From Antedon mediterranea (Eukaryota > Animalia > Echinodermata), in the NCBI RefSeq assembly GCF_964355755.1, contig NC_092672.1, positions 2,914,001-2,978,000 on the forward strand: a DNA stretch of 64,000 bases. The letters are read 5' to 3'. A program made the position numbers and the translations under genes. Of the stretch, positions 35,501-47,925 are shown one piece after another (position 1 is the first letter of the stretch; every line of letters starts with the position of its first letter). The notes under the pieces are model-generated. The model searched no databases and was not told where the DNA came from. It worked only from the letters and a program-made list of their open reading frames with translations.

Positions 35501-38322
35501 ATATGTATCGGGAAAAATGGGACGAAAATGTTTTTATATTTATCCCTTTGTATTCATTGTTTTGTTTATTTTTTCTTCAATTTCTAGGACACATTTTCAG
35601 GACACAGTGACTATATTCACTGTGTAGCATTATTCAACAACAGCAACCAGTTTGTTTCATCCTCTGAAGATGGTTCTGTCAGAATATGGGGTACTGTGCT
35701 ATTTTTAGAGTTGGTATAATAATAATAACATATTTATTTCATTCAAAAGACATAAAGTAAAAATATATAAAAAGGACAGGAGGAGGCAGTGAGAAATAAA
35801 TGGTGCGGTTTTCACAAGAATAGGGAACAATCTCGGTTCAATCCACTGGGTTGTCAAAGGAAACTCTACTGGTGGCTATGGCCCTGGGAGGGCAGATAAC
35901 TGAGGAAAAGTTTGTAGACAAGGCTTTATGTTGGCCTAATATGTCTGTCTGTCCAGGAATTCTTGTTTGTATTTTTATTGTGAGTTCAATGATATCCTGG
36001 TTGTGGGAGAGATTCCAGCTTGAAGTTGTGCTTTAAATTAATAATAAGTTTCTTTTTTCCCCCATTTATAAAACAGATTGCAGAGGAGGACGAGAAGCAC
36101 AGCATGTAATGGAACCATATAAACATGAGGTATTAACATTTTACAAAATTAACTATTATTGAGAAAATACCATTTTGGTCTCTGTATTGGATCCAAGATA
36201 GTGAATTATTATTATTACATATATAAACCTTCCCAGGAATATTGCAGTCATTTTGATATGCCATGGTGTATGGATGCATGCAATAGAAAAACATTTCTAC
36301 TGATGTATGCCTAAATATTAAATAATTTGTTTTTATTATAGGAATGTTGCCGGCCTCAGATTGGTCGATGGGTGAGCTGCGTTAGTGTGGATCCAGGTGA
36401 TGATTGGTTGGTTTGTGGAGGGGGTGTGGCTCTGTCTACATGGCATCTTCGATCGCTATCAACAACTTGTATATACAACATTGGCAACTCATCTCCACAG
36501 TGTTTACAATTTCATGACGACCTTGTAAGTTTAAGAATAGAATATGATTCTTTTGATCCATTTAAAAAGGTATTTACTTCATAAATTATATTGTAATTTT
36601 ATTTTTATCCAGATTTATTGTGGTGGTACACAACCTAAGGTCTCACATCTTACAATGAATGGTGAAGTTAAAACTCAAGTTCCATGTACACCAAACAGCG
36701 TGTTTTCACTGGCTATAAACACTGTTTCAGAAAATAATAAGGTACATACAGTATATATCATTATTATTTGATTTCTTTTCTTTTAAATACCATGCAATCA
36801 CATTCCTATCATTGATAGTTATAACTTAAAGTAAAATATAATTTCAGTGGTGCGCCCTCTATTCTGTTTAGATGTAGAACGAAACAGTATAAATTCTAAG
36901 CCAACGCTATTAAGACATTTTTACCTCAGTTTTAAAACTGTCCTCTTTTTTTGTGATTACAGTCCCAACTTTAATAAGAGACTTATAAAAGCATAGCCAA
37001 AACAAAGAGGGTGCTATAATTTGTTACAATATCATTATTATATATTTGATTATAGCACCCTCTATGTTTTGGCCATGCTTTTATGAAGTCTCCTGTTAGG
37101 AATTGTAAATAGTTAAAGATGTATTGTCCCTTTGACTAATTCCAAAAAAATAAAAAGTAAAAGATTTCGAAAAAAGGTGGGTCATTTTGAAGTATCATAA
37201 TAGTTATTAACTATCACCAAAAATTTTTCAAAAAAAAAAAAATTTAACTGAAATACAGACGTTTTTTTGTTTACAAAATTACTTTGACTTCCAGTCAAAG
37301 TTTTCAATCAAAACATATCCCATAATGAAACGCGATTGTTTGGCTACTCTGTATGCATAATCATAAAACTTCCTCATGATCTGTGTGAAAATACCTTCTT
37401 AACCGTGACGAGTTTTAAACAATCCTAATTTAGCATATACATAATGCATACTCATGGTTTGAAATCTTTGTTTACTTTCGCTCGTGACGATTTTCCAGAT
37501 GAAATGTAATCAAACTAATTTACCTGTTAATTACGTAAACTTGTTGTTTTTGGCTCAAATTTTCGACTTAAAGTGAATAACTTTAATATTACTTTGATAT
37601 GGCCACTTTAAATTTAGAATATTTTGACCTTCATTTTTGTGTGTTTCAAGGGACAATACATCTTTAAACAAGATGTAGACATTTTAACATCAATTTTGGC
37701 AGCCATCTTGAAAACACTTTCCGGTGGTTGAAATCCTTGGGACTGTTTTTTCTGTTATTTAGTACACCCAATACTACCAAAATTCGTTTTTAAGTTGGCC
37801 TCTTTTTTGAGTTAGTTCTATTGTACTATATGGCAAACTATATATATACTTGCAGTATTACTGTATTGGTATTTTAATAGTTTTGTTTGTTTGTTTTATC
37901 TTTATACTGGGTGACCTCTTCAGTCAAAGACTGATCTCCCAGAGGGCCCAGTTGGTGATCAGTGGCTGTGATGTACTAATACACCGGGGTAACCCCCTAC
38001 TCGTCTCGAAAGATGTACTAGGTTCTTTAAAGTGCACACGAGCAAGTTGTGTACACTGGACCTACGGTTTATAGTCCTTATCCGAGAAGACTCGTTCTAC
38101 CACCAGAACCATGGAGTGAGTGAGCCTCGAACCCCTGCCGATGTTATGGCTACGTGATTACGGTTCCACTGTCTTAACCGCTCGGCCACTCACTCGGCCA
38201 CTCACTCACTGAGTGACTATTTTCTTTTTATATAGGTATTAAGTGTTTCGGGTAGCAGTTCACAAGTGGACATCTTTACAAATTTTGGTTACAGAGCATT
38301 TTCACTCCAAGCTGTACCATGA
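32554..38322 (+). CDS. THOC6: THO complex subunit 6 (WD40 repeat), 11 exons, 339 aa
   Basis: Join 32554-32571, 33699-33879, 34198-34249, 34442-34493, 34610-34699, 35132-35203, 35588-35690, 36077-36129, 36342-36524, 36613-36741, 38236-38322 = 1020 nt, open. Motifs FSQCFSPCG..NNYG, GHSDYIHC, DWLVCGGG..LSTWHLRS, VDIFTNFGYRAFSL match THOC6. Confidence 0.96.
32838..33087. repeat. Compound tandem repeat: (GAGACCC/A)n then ~22-bp ATACGAAAAGGGAGACCC units
   Basis: About nine imperfect copies in THOC6 intron 1. Confidence 0.9.
33135..33580. mobile_element. MITE with ~55-bp TIRs, an internal 20-21-bp tandem repeat and a tRNA-like segment
   Basis: TIR ATGGCTAAAGATACGGTACCGT(A/G)TCCATACTTCTAAAAACTAAAG; (AAACTCGTTCCTAAATATT)x6; A/B boxes on - at 33376-33452. 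Confidence 0.85.
33699..33879 (+). CDS. THOC6: THOC6 exon 2
   Basis: CCACAG acceptor; DQILYERKRQHLMVFSQCFSPCG...FTFQ. Confidence 0.93.
33935..34073. mobile_element. MITE family A copy (right arm deleted)
   Basis: TAA-AGCTCTGTCTACACTATCAAAC...CAGAGCT-TAA. Confidence 0.8.
34198..34249 (+). CDS. THOC6: THOC6 exon 3
   Basis: CSGPIYSIVSTELFLI; GT-AG; frame consistent. Confidence 0.9.
34442..34493 (+). CDS. THOC6: THOC6 exon 4
   Basis: AGTGDIKAYKWTDILKK. Confidence 0.9.
34610..34699 (+). CDS. THOC6: THOC6 exon 5
   Basis: SCKIAWTLSVPTCKNQFSDPEVNSIVYNTK. Confidence 0.9.
35132..35203 (+). CDS. THOC6: THOC6 exon 6
   Basis: DNVLYSGCGDKNNYSWDLESGTLK. Confidence 0.9.
35588..35690 (+). CDS. THOC6: THOC6 exon 7
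   Basis: DTFSGHSDYIHCVALFNNSNQFVSSSEDGSVRIW (WD40 repeat). Confidence 0.93.
36077..36129 (+). CDS. THOC6: THOC6 exon 8
   Basis: DCRGGREAQHVMEPYKHE. Confidence 0.9.
36342..36524 (+). CDS. THOC6: THOC6 exon 9
   Basis: ECCRPQIGRWVSCVSVDPGDDWLVCGGG...FHDDL. Confidence 0.93.
36613..36741 (+). CDS. THOC6: THOC6 exon 10
   Basis: IYCGGTQPKVSHLTMNGEVKTQVPCTPNSVFSLAIN... Confidence 0.92.
36960..37105. mobile_element. Palindromic MITE remnant
   Basis: ATAAAAGCATAGCCAAAACAAAGAGGGTGCTATAAT inverted against ATTATAGCACCCTCTATGTTTTGGCCATGCTTTTAT. Confidence 0.65.
37117..37663. mobile_element. Kolobok-like MITE family D (TIR AGATGTATTGTCCC, TTAA TSD)
   Basis: TTAA on both sides; the same TIR occurs at 40652 and 49898. 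Confidence 0.85.
37881..38195 (-). mobile_element. tRNA-headed SINE with Deu/Nin central domain (DeuSINE-like)
   Basis: Head GAGTGAGTGGCCGAGCGGTTAAG..GGTTCGAGGC; centre GGACTATAAACCGTAGGTCC..TTAAAGAACC..CGAGTAGGGGGTTACCCCGGTGT; (AAAC)n tail. Confidence 0.85.
38236..38322 (+). CDS. THOC6: THOC6 exon 11 (terminal)
   Basis: VLSVSGSSSQVDIFTNFGYRAFSLQAVP*. Confidence 0.93.
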   Translation, partial: VLSVSGSSSQVDIFTNFGYRAFSLQAVP

Positions 38323-38727
38323 GCAGACATAGCATAGGAATCCATGTTTTGTCAAGCTTTATATGTCATAAGCTATAGAAAAATTGCCTATAATAACATT
38401 TTTCCCCAAAAAAATATGTACCTCTTCCAAAGGAATCTCTTTTTGTGTGAGCAGAAAGTTTGATATTTCTTTTTCTGTTACCCACGACATTGTGTTTTTT
38501 TTATGCTTTTACGAATGTTTGAACAGTAAAAATATGCCATGTAGTATAGTATAGCAAACAGAACAAATTTACAATAAAATAATTCAAGAATTTCCATTTG
38601 TGTATTTTTTCTTAGTCTCTTCGGAGAATTTATTTTTGTGCCTGGTTGTGTTTCAACACGAAACATATTTTTGTTACTGAAACTCTTGTTATAGGTCTAG
38701 TATGCGTGATTGTTGATTTTGCCTGAG

Positions 38728-38835
38728 AGACTTGTACGAGACTTGTACGAGACTTGCACGAGACTTGCACGAGACTTGCACGAGACTTGCACGAGACTTG
38801 CACGAGACTTGCACAAGACTTGCACGAGACTTGTA
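38728..38835. repeat. 11-bp tandem repeat (GAGACTTGCAC)n
   Basis: About 10 copies, downstream of the THOC6 stop. Confidence 0.95.
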
Positions 38836-39369
38836 TGTCATCAGTGAACAAACTTTAAAAAAATTATATAAATTGTGTATTTGAAGAACCCCATCATATT
38901 GAAATATTCCTCTAATTAGAGACCAATGTGTGTCCCTAATTTTAAAAAAAATCATGCTATCGAAGGAGATGTATTATATCGTCTTAAAAAGACACATATA
39001 GTTGTGTACTTTAAAGAACCCCCTACACCCCCCACCCTCCCATTTTAAAAAATTACTTCAATTAGAGACCAATTGTTTGTCCTCAATTTTTGTTCTTCAT
39101 GCTATTGAAGGAGATGTATTATCATTTAAGTAGCGGTCATTTGTGTGTTAAGTCGCCATTACTAATAGCACCCAGGATGTTGGTAAATAGAAGCAGGTGC
39201 CGGCGATATGTACTAAATATCACTTTAACACGGATCGATTTTTCTTGTATTGTATAATAGCGGTAAGAACAACCGCACACACATAAAATACCCATTTCAA
39301 TTCTTAACCACTAACCTTGATGACAGCACCTTACAACGCCATGTTCAGGAGGTTGGTAACATCTTGTAA

Positions 39370-39490
39370 AGCTCTGACTACACTATCAAACAAGTTTGAC
39401 AAAAAAAGTGTGATGTGTCCAAATATGGTAGTGATATGCCCAAATATGGTAGTGATAAGACATCATATGTCCATATATGGGCACATCACA
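39370..39490. mobile_element. MITE family A copy (truncated)
   Basis: Left TIR and internal CCAAATATGGTAGTGATATG repeats. Confidence 0.75.
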
Positions 39491-39767
39491 ACCTAAAAAA
39501 ACATAATAAGTATTAGTACTTACAGCAAACAAAAGGTTATTAAAATGTTTCTCAGAACTTAAAACAACATCAACTTGGACTAAACATAAATAAATTCAGA
39601 TCTCAATTTCAAAACTGCGATGCAATTAACGACACAAAAACAAACTTATCTAGGCTAGTATCAATATTGTCAGTTGAGAAGAAAATACAAAAACACCAAG
39701 TCTGTCAATAAATATGATTTAAAAGTGACTATGGATTGTATACTGTATTGTACTTAAGAGTATGTAA

Positions 39768-39949
39768 AGCTCTGTTTACACTATCGATCAAACTAGTTTA
39801 AATAAAGTGTGATGTGCCCAAATATGGTAGTGATATGCCCAAATATGGTAGTGATATGCCCAAATATGGTAGTGATATGAAACCATGATGTCCATATATA
39901 AGCATATCACATTTTTTTGTCACATAGAGTTTGATAGTGTAGACAGAGC
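39768..39949. mobile_element. MITE family A copy
   Basis: Both TIRs; three internal 20-bp repeats. Confidence 0.85.
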
Positions 39950-40651
39950 AAAATAAATGGAGATAGATGATACATTTATTTATATCAACAATATTTTACG
40001 AGGGTGGTACGTCCATTATAGATACCCTCAGAACAACACAATTTGACAAGAATAACTTGAAAATATTACTGTAAAAAACAATAAAATTAAAATGAATAGA
40101 ATTTATATATAATTAACTGAATAAAATAATGAATAAATTAATGGATGACAAATCAGTTAGTATTCATTTCGTATTTGTGTAAAAGAGACACAATCCAGAG
40201 AGTTGCACTAAAAGTTAACGACCTTCTATATGACAATCATAAAAAAAAAAAGAACTTTACGTCACTGAGTAGCTGTTGTGAGTGTGAGCGATTCCGTCTT
40301 TACGTGTGGACATAAAATATCTATGTACTGTTACTACTGTATTTGCAGTTTTTAGTACATTTGATGGGTTCGACTTCCTGTAAAGAATGCCCCTGTGTCT
40401 GTTTGTACAATATCAAGTATGTAGGTCGGATTGATAAAAACAAACAAAATACAAATTGTATAGGCCCTAGAACATACAGAATGTTCTTATGATACCGTGG
40501 TACCGAATCAGGTGTCACAAATGCACTTTTCCGGGAGAAAATAAATTAATATACAGGTAAGGTTACCGGTCAACAATATGAGTAGGCCTAAACTGTACAA
40601 CATTGTAACAAACAATTAATATACCAACCACGCATCTATTTATAGCATTAA

Positions 40652-40972
40652 AGATGTATTGTCTCCAAAAACATCAACAAAATGAAAATAAATAATAATC
40701 ATTTTGTAGTTTTAACAAAGTTAATCACTTCCAACGGAAAAGAAAACCGAAAAACTTAATATTTTCAGTTATAAATTACCAAATTGAACAGTTAAATTCC
40801 ATATACTTGGCTGGCAGCCAATTAGACTATTTTTTGCTTTAAATTACAGTTTTCAGGTAAATACATTTTTTTCCGGTCCAATTTTTTGTCAAAGTGAATA
40901 GCTATTATGTGAAATTATAATGGCATATTAAAAAATAAATAAAAAAATTGTTTTTAGGGGGACAATACATCT
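40652..40972. mobile_element. Kolobok-like MITE family D copy
   Basis: TTAA-AGATGTATTGTC...GGACAATACATCT-TTAA. Confidence 0.85.
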
Positions 40973-42838
40973 TTAATGGCTAAGAGGAGAATGATCTTTG
41001 ATATCAATGTTGGTGATGGTGACATATCGATCTTGACAGTCAACACAAAATACAGGGGATCGTGTTTTATAAATTTACCACATTTTTTCTTCTAATTTAA
41101 ACCATTTAAACCTTCAATGATGAAGTTATAAATAAAACAGTACACAAAAATAAATAGCCTATATCGAAGTAACCAAATGTCAGTTACCTTTTTTAATTAT
41201 AGTAATTAATTATTTCGTAAATGAGCCATTCTCTATTTCAGAAAATTTCAAATTTCTATTTCGAACGTAACATTGTCGCCATAAATATTTTGTGTCGTGG
41301 AAATTTAAAATCAATAACACTATAGTTACAGGTTGATTACTAAAGATTAATTACGTCACAACTTGTTACTTTGTACACAAAAATGTCTTCAGATTTCTGT
41401 TAGCATGACGCGCGCGTAAGTCGGAATAATCAATTAGTGTATACAGGTGATAATACATCAATGGGTATACATTAATTCATATAAAACATTAATGTAAAAT
41501 TGGTATACATTCATTTATATAAAACATTAATATAAATGGGTATACGTTATAATTTACTATAATATCGTGTTGATATATGTTTTTAATGCTTTCAATTGGT
41601 TTATATAGGCCCTATGACGAGTAGCTCGTAAAACAACAGGACGTACGTGTTAGGCTTGTTTGCACAGACGAGCAGTAACGGTACGCGGTAAACAATAAGC
41701 GGGAAAAAATCTTGAATCTCTTATGAATTTCTTATGATCATTTTACACAAAAGACGGGGGTGGTTGAGCGGAAATCCGCTCAGGATAGATACAGATTCTA
41801 GTGGTTTTCCGCTTACCGTTACCACTCGTCTGTGTACGCGCAAACGCAAGGTGATCCTAATAATGCTAGTTGGAATTTTTTTTTTTGCGTCAATTGCCTT
41901 CCATAAATATAATTCTAATAATATAAAGTTGTATTATGGACCTATTATATTAGGTCCATGGTTGTATCATGTAGGCTAACTGTTTTTATTATAGTATAGC
42001 TTTGACCAAAGCAACATGCACATGTGCAGAGAATATTTAACAATACCTGGTGCACACTAATAAAACAGAATGTCAAATGGTGTCTGGTTCACCATTTCTC
42101 AGTTTATTCTAAAGCATACACTTTAGAAATTTGTGACGTCACGCTTTGTGTAGTTACAAAAGCTCTATAATAACCTGAATAGAACACCCTCAAAACAACG
42201 ATTGATTAATTTGCTAAGGGTCTACAACAACTGACTATAATACATCCAAGTAGTTGATCTGATATAATATCAAAGAAAAACATTTTGTATAGAGAGAAAG
42301 AGGAAATGCTGAAAGCGTCCGTATTGATCGTAAAACAAACCCACACCTTATTGCTTTGAATTTTAAAGAATAAGATAATTGTTTAGGGAAATGTAAACTA
42401 TTGATTTTGTGAAACATAAGTATTATTAATTGTTATTTAAATTCTATTTAAAAGGTTGTAAATATGCTATTATCCTGGTAATATTGTGTATTTGTAATAA
42501 AACTTAAGAAATAACTAAAACGCAGGCGTTTTAAATTTCCATTTAATGTACGAGACGTGATAAAATGGATTTTGTGATGAATTTAGAGTATACTGTAATA
42601 TTTAAATGGCGTAATAATTGAATTGGATATTTCGTAGGCTTGGTTACTCCATTTTTTACCTCCTTGGTTACTCTGCATACTGAGCAAAGTGAGTCGAGTG
42701 AAGTGAACACCCGTGCTACCAAAGCGCCCAATCTTTGCTCTTGCGCACAATGTTATCCCCGGTGAAACTTATATCCTTTTTAACGCCGCGGTGTTTACAA
42801 TTTTAAGTCAACATGAGTGTAAAGCTTTGTTCACACAC

Positions 42839-43104
42839 AGGATGCAACGCGTTGACTTCTTACGCGCAATAAGCAATTTGACAAATCAAGTGTACGCAAT
42901 AATGTAGGCTGCAACGCGTTGACTTACGCGCAATAAGCAATTTGACCAATCAAGTGTACGCAGTAATGTAGGATGCAACGCGTTGACTTACGCGCAATAA
43001 GCAATTTGACCAATCAAGTGTACGCAGTAATGTAGGATGCAACGCGTTGACTTACGCGCAATAAGCAATTTGACCAATCAAGTGTACGCAGTAATGTAGG
43101 ATGC
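42839..43104. repeat. 64-bp CpG-rich tandem repeat, ~4 copies
   Basis: Unit AGGATGCAACGCGTTGACTTACGCGCAATAAGCAATTTGACCAATCAAGTGTACGCAGTAATGT. Confidence 0.95.
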
Positions 43105-44338
43105 CACTGACAATAGGTCTATGCTTGAACGTATACTACTATGATTTATTTCTTTTTTATAGAATGAAATATGTGAACTACAAAATACAAATCGATTTTT
43201 ATCACAATTATGTACCATGGGAACGCGTTTTACACGTTTTGTTTGAAACGCACACCGACAGAATCATCAAAGAAAAAATTATAGTCAAGACACTTTGTAT
43301 ACAGGTTTATAATGAGTACGCACAGTCAAAAATATTTTGTTGTTGTTATTATTATATTCCACTACTAGCAATTTTTAAATTACCGATTCAAAACAATTCA
43401 TTGGACCTATTTGCGGATAGTAAACACATGTAACGTAAATATCTATTTCGGGTTACATTTATATTATATTTATAGGCCTAAATGTGTAAGTATAATTCCT
43501 GTGAATTTAAATAGATATATTTATATTTTATATAACACTATAAATAAATACTTAGTCAAGGTTATATTCTTGAGGCATAATTTCTATTCAAGCATACGGA
43601 ACATTGCACAACTTTATTTGTATACGGAATATTTATAAGTGCAATCATTTATTACTAAACATTAGACCTACTGTTTTCGCTGAATTACATAATTAAACAA
43701 TTTACTAATTAGAAAGATATATAACACTCCATGCAGTTGATGTCGATTGGTATAAATCACTTATGAGTTTCAGCAACAATACTTAAGTGGAAAATAATTG
43801 TTCCAAGGTTTTATTTTTATTGTGATTTAACGAACTGTATTTTAAAGGGCAACCCTAGTTGAATAATGTCTTTGGTTTTTGGGAAGAGACTTTAATAACT
43901 ATGGTCCTCCTTAAATAAGTTAAAGTATTTATTAAGGCAGACTTATAAGAATAAATGGTAAAAACAATTATAATATGTAAATCCCATCATTATAGCAAGA
44001 TTAATATTTTCATAAACGCAAAAATATTGAATACAATTTGTCAATGGAGAGAAATAAATTATACAATTCCCTTTAAATCAGTAAGAAATAACGTATTCTA
44101 TCCAAAATAAATTATCGACAAAAATATCGCATAATATACAGTATATGTAACATGATTAAGATGATTAAAGTGTATCATTTGAAAATAACATAGGATATTA
44201 GCAATCTAATAACATAGTTTTAAAAAAAAAAAACCACATTTAGTTAGCGGCAATTACCGTAGTAATATGTACCTGGTGTGTTCGTATTTTACAACCCAAT
44301 TTCCACTTAAGTAAACACTTGTGTATTCTATATTGTAA

Positions 44339-44587
44339 AGCCTGGTTTCCATGAAATCGCTACATACACGACAGAGCGTAGCGATTCTATGGAAACGCTA
44401 GAATTTATCGGGGATCTAGTACGCCAGCGCTAAATATTCTTTGGTACGCGTATACGATTCATCGCCGACACAATCGGCAAAGTTGAACATGGTTGAACTT
44501 TGCCGATTTGACTGCGATGAATCGGGGAGCCTTCCCGATTGCGTCTGCGACATCTGCGCGTGTAGCGATTTTAATGGAAACCAGGCT
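44339..44587. mobile_element. MITE family C (TIR AGCCTGGTTTCCAT, TAA/TTA flanks, Harbinger-like)
   Basis: AGCCTGGTTTCCATGAAATCGCTACA...TGTAGCGATTTTAATGGAAACCAGGCT; lies in the probable SLC45 3' UTR. Confidence 0.85.
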
Positions 44588-44684
44588 TTAACTGCTAGCA
44601 GTTACAGTATGTTTACACCAATGTTGTCTATTTACTCTTCCTTGTATTAGCTAGCCGACTGACATACATTCTAGGCCTACAACT

Positions 44685-44909
44685 CTACAGTCCTAAATAT
44701 ACAACTTGAGATGCACTAACTGCGCCACAAAAACTTAATATTGCAGCGGAAACTGTGATAACAACCGGGCCAAAGTAGTGTATAAGACTTCCCATGCATA
44801 AAGATAAAGTGAACTGGCCAACGAATACCATGCTCTGGACAACCGCTACATCAGTACCGATGCCTCGTATATGATGGCGTGTCGTCCCAGGAGTCTTGGA
44901 CTTTTCAAA
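44685..44909 (-). CDS. SLC45: SLC45 terminal exon
   Basis: FEKSKTPGTTRHHIRGIGTDVAVVQSMVFVGQ...VVYLGL*. Confidence 0.93.
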   Translation of the reverse strand, partial: FEKSKTPGTTRHHIRGIGTDVAVVQSMVFVGQFTLSLCMGSLIHYFGPVVITVSAAILSFCGAVSASQVVYLGL

Positions 44910-47006
44910 CTGTAAAAAGGAGAGTTCTTTTTACAAATAAATAACAACAAGAAGCAGATTTTTATTTCAATGTTGTCATACGTTTTTTGGATTATGTTCA
45001 GGAAAGATAAACAAGTCGTATGATTACTAAAAGTTTACTGGAAGTTCACTGGCGCACTTTCAAATCAATTTTATTTCATTTCACGGGAAACATAGAAATT
45101 ACAATAGTTATTTCAGGAAAAATATATAAATAAAAATGTTACGAAAACATAACTTACCATATTATTAGAATGATAATCTGCTAGAATAATGAATGGCATC
45201 GTAAACAATGTTGAATACATTGCTCCGGTGGTGATTGATGCTAAAAAGGTCATCCATTTCGTTCGTAGTAGTCCCATTAATACCATACCAAATGTATAGA
45301 TTAGTTGGTTACAGATATAAACTGGTTTAGCTCCTACGAAAATTAACAAAAACAGTTTTTATCCAAAGAAAAATAGTTTTAGAATCCGAATAAGACGTTG
45401 ATAATTTCAAGTGAAATTACAAACTATAGATGTAAACTCGTCACCATGGAGAGTTAGATCATCCTTGTATATTATTATAACAGCATTGTGATAAAAAGTA
45501 AATATGAAAGTATATAAATATAGATTTTAATGAGAGAACGTAACAGTTTTGGTACCTAAAGATAACATTAGGATTCCGATATGAAAATAAAGTAATGGTG
45601 GAGTATTGGTAATTGAACGTTCATAACTACTTACCAAATCGTTTTACTAAATCCTCCAAAAAGTATGAAAATATAGAGCACGAGAGAGCATCAACAGACA
45701 TGGCAAAGCTGCCTTTACGCACTCCTTCTTCGTAGAGGTCCAGCTCGTAAGATCCCTCTGGTGCTGTTGGTTCTCCTCCATACACTGCTCTTCCAACGAA
45801 ATCAGTGAAGTATAACGAGTAACATAACAGTGACATCCAACAGAAAAGATTCGTTAGACACAGAATTCGAAGTGAATAAGGCATATAAATAATAGATAAA
45901 AGGTAATCCTTCATGCTTGCAGTTTCCTGTTGAAATTCTGGATCCTCTTCCTTTTCGCTGTTGTCATTACATGTACCGTTGAGCTGCGCGTATCCATTTC
46001 CTTTCTGAGTGGCTGGTTCGAGTTCTTGAGTTCCATACGTTTTCTTATCTTCCAATGCGTTTAACTCCATGTGTGTACCACCTTCTATGTTTTGATTTAT
46101 TTCACGGGATCTGCTGTTGATTTCCTTCAGTGTTAGTTCTTTATCACTAGTTACTGTCAGACTTACAGCTACGATGAATATCACTAGGACTAAGAAAAAA
46201 GCTATATGGATCTGATCAAAGAAACCAGATGAAAAGTATGTCCTTTCCCAAGGAATACCACAAATCATGTAGCCTACAAATCCTCCTAAGCCAGCCATCG
46301 TTGTAAAACTACTCAGGCCTTTTTGGTGATCTTCTTTTGGGACGATATCAATAAGATACGCCCGCGTTGGAGACTGTGCTGCATCAGCGCAGAAGTCTAG
46401 TAAAATAACACCTAGTACTGTAACAGCAATTGTACAAGCGTGACCTATAACCTCGGTTTCTGGAAAAGCTGTAGAATTTACAGTTACGTAAGGTGTACTT
46501 GTATTGTAAGTAAAGTTCTCAGATGAACCGTAAAGGTATTCTACAGTTGGTGCGATGTCTGGCAGAATTTCTGCAGGAACGTCATGGCACAGAATTCCAA
46601 AAACTTCCCCATTTGGAACTAGTATTAAACCAATGATGATTCCTGCTGATAAAAGAAGAATAAAGGGACGCCTTCGACCCAATCTGGATGAGCATCTATC
46701 ACTGGCAGATCCGAGAATGGGTGTTAAAAAGAATCCTAATACCGGGCTAAGACACCACACCAAACTCATGTAACTTTCTGGTACACCGGCTTTTAGCAAA
46801 ATTGGGCTAACGAAGGCTGTTTCAGCAGAGTAACAGAACTCAATACCACACACGGCAGCACTAAGTCGTAGTAAATGAAGTCTGGATGTCCTTTCTCTTG
46901 GAGTAGAGTCTGCCACATCGCTGTCTGTGGATTGGACAATTGGTTGAGCATCTTCTGGTGCTTCCTTACAATTGAAGAAGCTTTTCAATCTCTGAATTGC
47001 CGCCAT
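44685..47006 (-). CDS. SLC45: SLC45-family H+/sugar transporter (MFS), 3 coding exons, 590 aa
   Basis: Join 45635-47006, 45158-45333, 44685-44909. Motifs GIEFCYSAETAFVSPILL, SDRCSSRLGRRRPFI, LLDFCADAAQSPTRAYLID, YFTDFVGRAVYGG.P, RGIGTD. An in-frame TGA upstream fixes the ATG at 47006. Confidence 0.95.
45158..45333 (-). CDS. SLC45: SLC45 coding exon 2
   Basis: AKPVYICNQLIYTFGM...YSTLFTMPFIILADYHSNNM; GT-AG. Confidence 0.93.
45635..47006 (-). CDS. SLC45: SLC45 coding exon 1 (1372 nt)
   Basis: Long ORF; acceptor at 47053, GTAAG donor at 45634. Confidence 0.95.
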
Positions 47007-47834
47007 AACTTGAGTGTATCGCAACTGCACACATTCAGCAGGCAAACATCAACTGTAAACAAAGTGAACTTATCATTAACATTTAGCAATGATATTTTTT
47101 AAAAGTTTATACTGTAGTTTTTTAACCATTTATTTATAGTCAGCAATTGAAGAAGATTCTAAATAATTTTAAAGATGACTTATAGTAATATTTTCATGGT
47201 TCTTGAATTCTATAAATAACTTTCCACAATTAAAGTATAGTCAAATACAACATCTTGAAAACAATTTTGTTTACAAATTTTTCTGGACAGTGGTAACTGA
47301 TCAGGTTAGAGCGTATTATAATACAATTTATCTTAATTATTTAAAGCAAGCCGCTTTAGGCGTAGTTTGAAGCGCGAAAGTGTTTACGTCGCGGTGTGAA
47401 TAAAACCTCACAAACATTAGTGGGTTCACGCCCTTTTGCTGACTCGCTACATTTGGGATCAACACGCAAGTTCAAAGCATCAGATAACAATATCATTAAG
47501 TATTTATTGTAATGTTAGGAGAGAATCGTAGAATCTTTGTTTCTGGTTGCAGGGTGTACTGTATAATATACACAATTAATTTAGAAAGGAAATGAAATGA
47601 CGATTATATGATGCCTTTCTGTATAATTGTTGCAGAAATGACAGTAATACTGCATTTAGCAAAACCAAAAATCATGCCCGAAGGCTGGTTATATATTTAA
47701 TCGGCCATTTTACTACTATTCGTAAATTAACAAATGACAATATCCTCTTAAAGTACAGCTAAAATAATGTATCAACCAATTAAAGATATAGTAAAATTAA
47801 TATAAAAAGACTTTCAACAAACAAGAAATACTAC

Positions 47835-47925
47835 CTTAGTTAACATTAGAGCGTATATACCACGTCGACAATGCAGTGCTTATGCGCTCAGAACTATTAA
47901 CAAGTTTTCGGCTTGTCTTATAAAT
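47835..47925 (-). promoter_or_regulatory. Possible SLC45 TATA/Inr and non-coding first exon
   Basis: TTTATAAG ~27 nt before TAGTT, then an AAG|GTAGTA donor at 47834. Confidence 0.3.

Noticed and set aside
38630-38955. ORFs with SRASLVQVSCK repeats
   Set aside because: They come from the 11-bp tandem repeat.
47007-47045. N-terminal extension of SLC45 from the ORF-track start at 47045
   Set aside because: That start is TTG; the first in-frame ATG is at 47006.
46555-47102. Antisense ORFs over SLC45 (and over MMP at 56917 and 60349)
   Set aside because: Shadow ORFs of GC-richer coding exons with no independent features.
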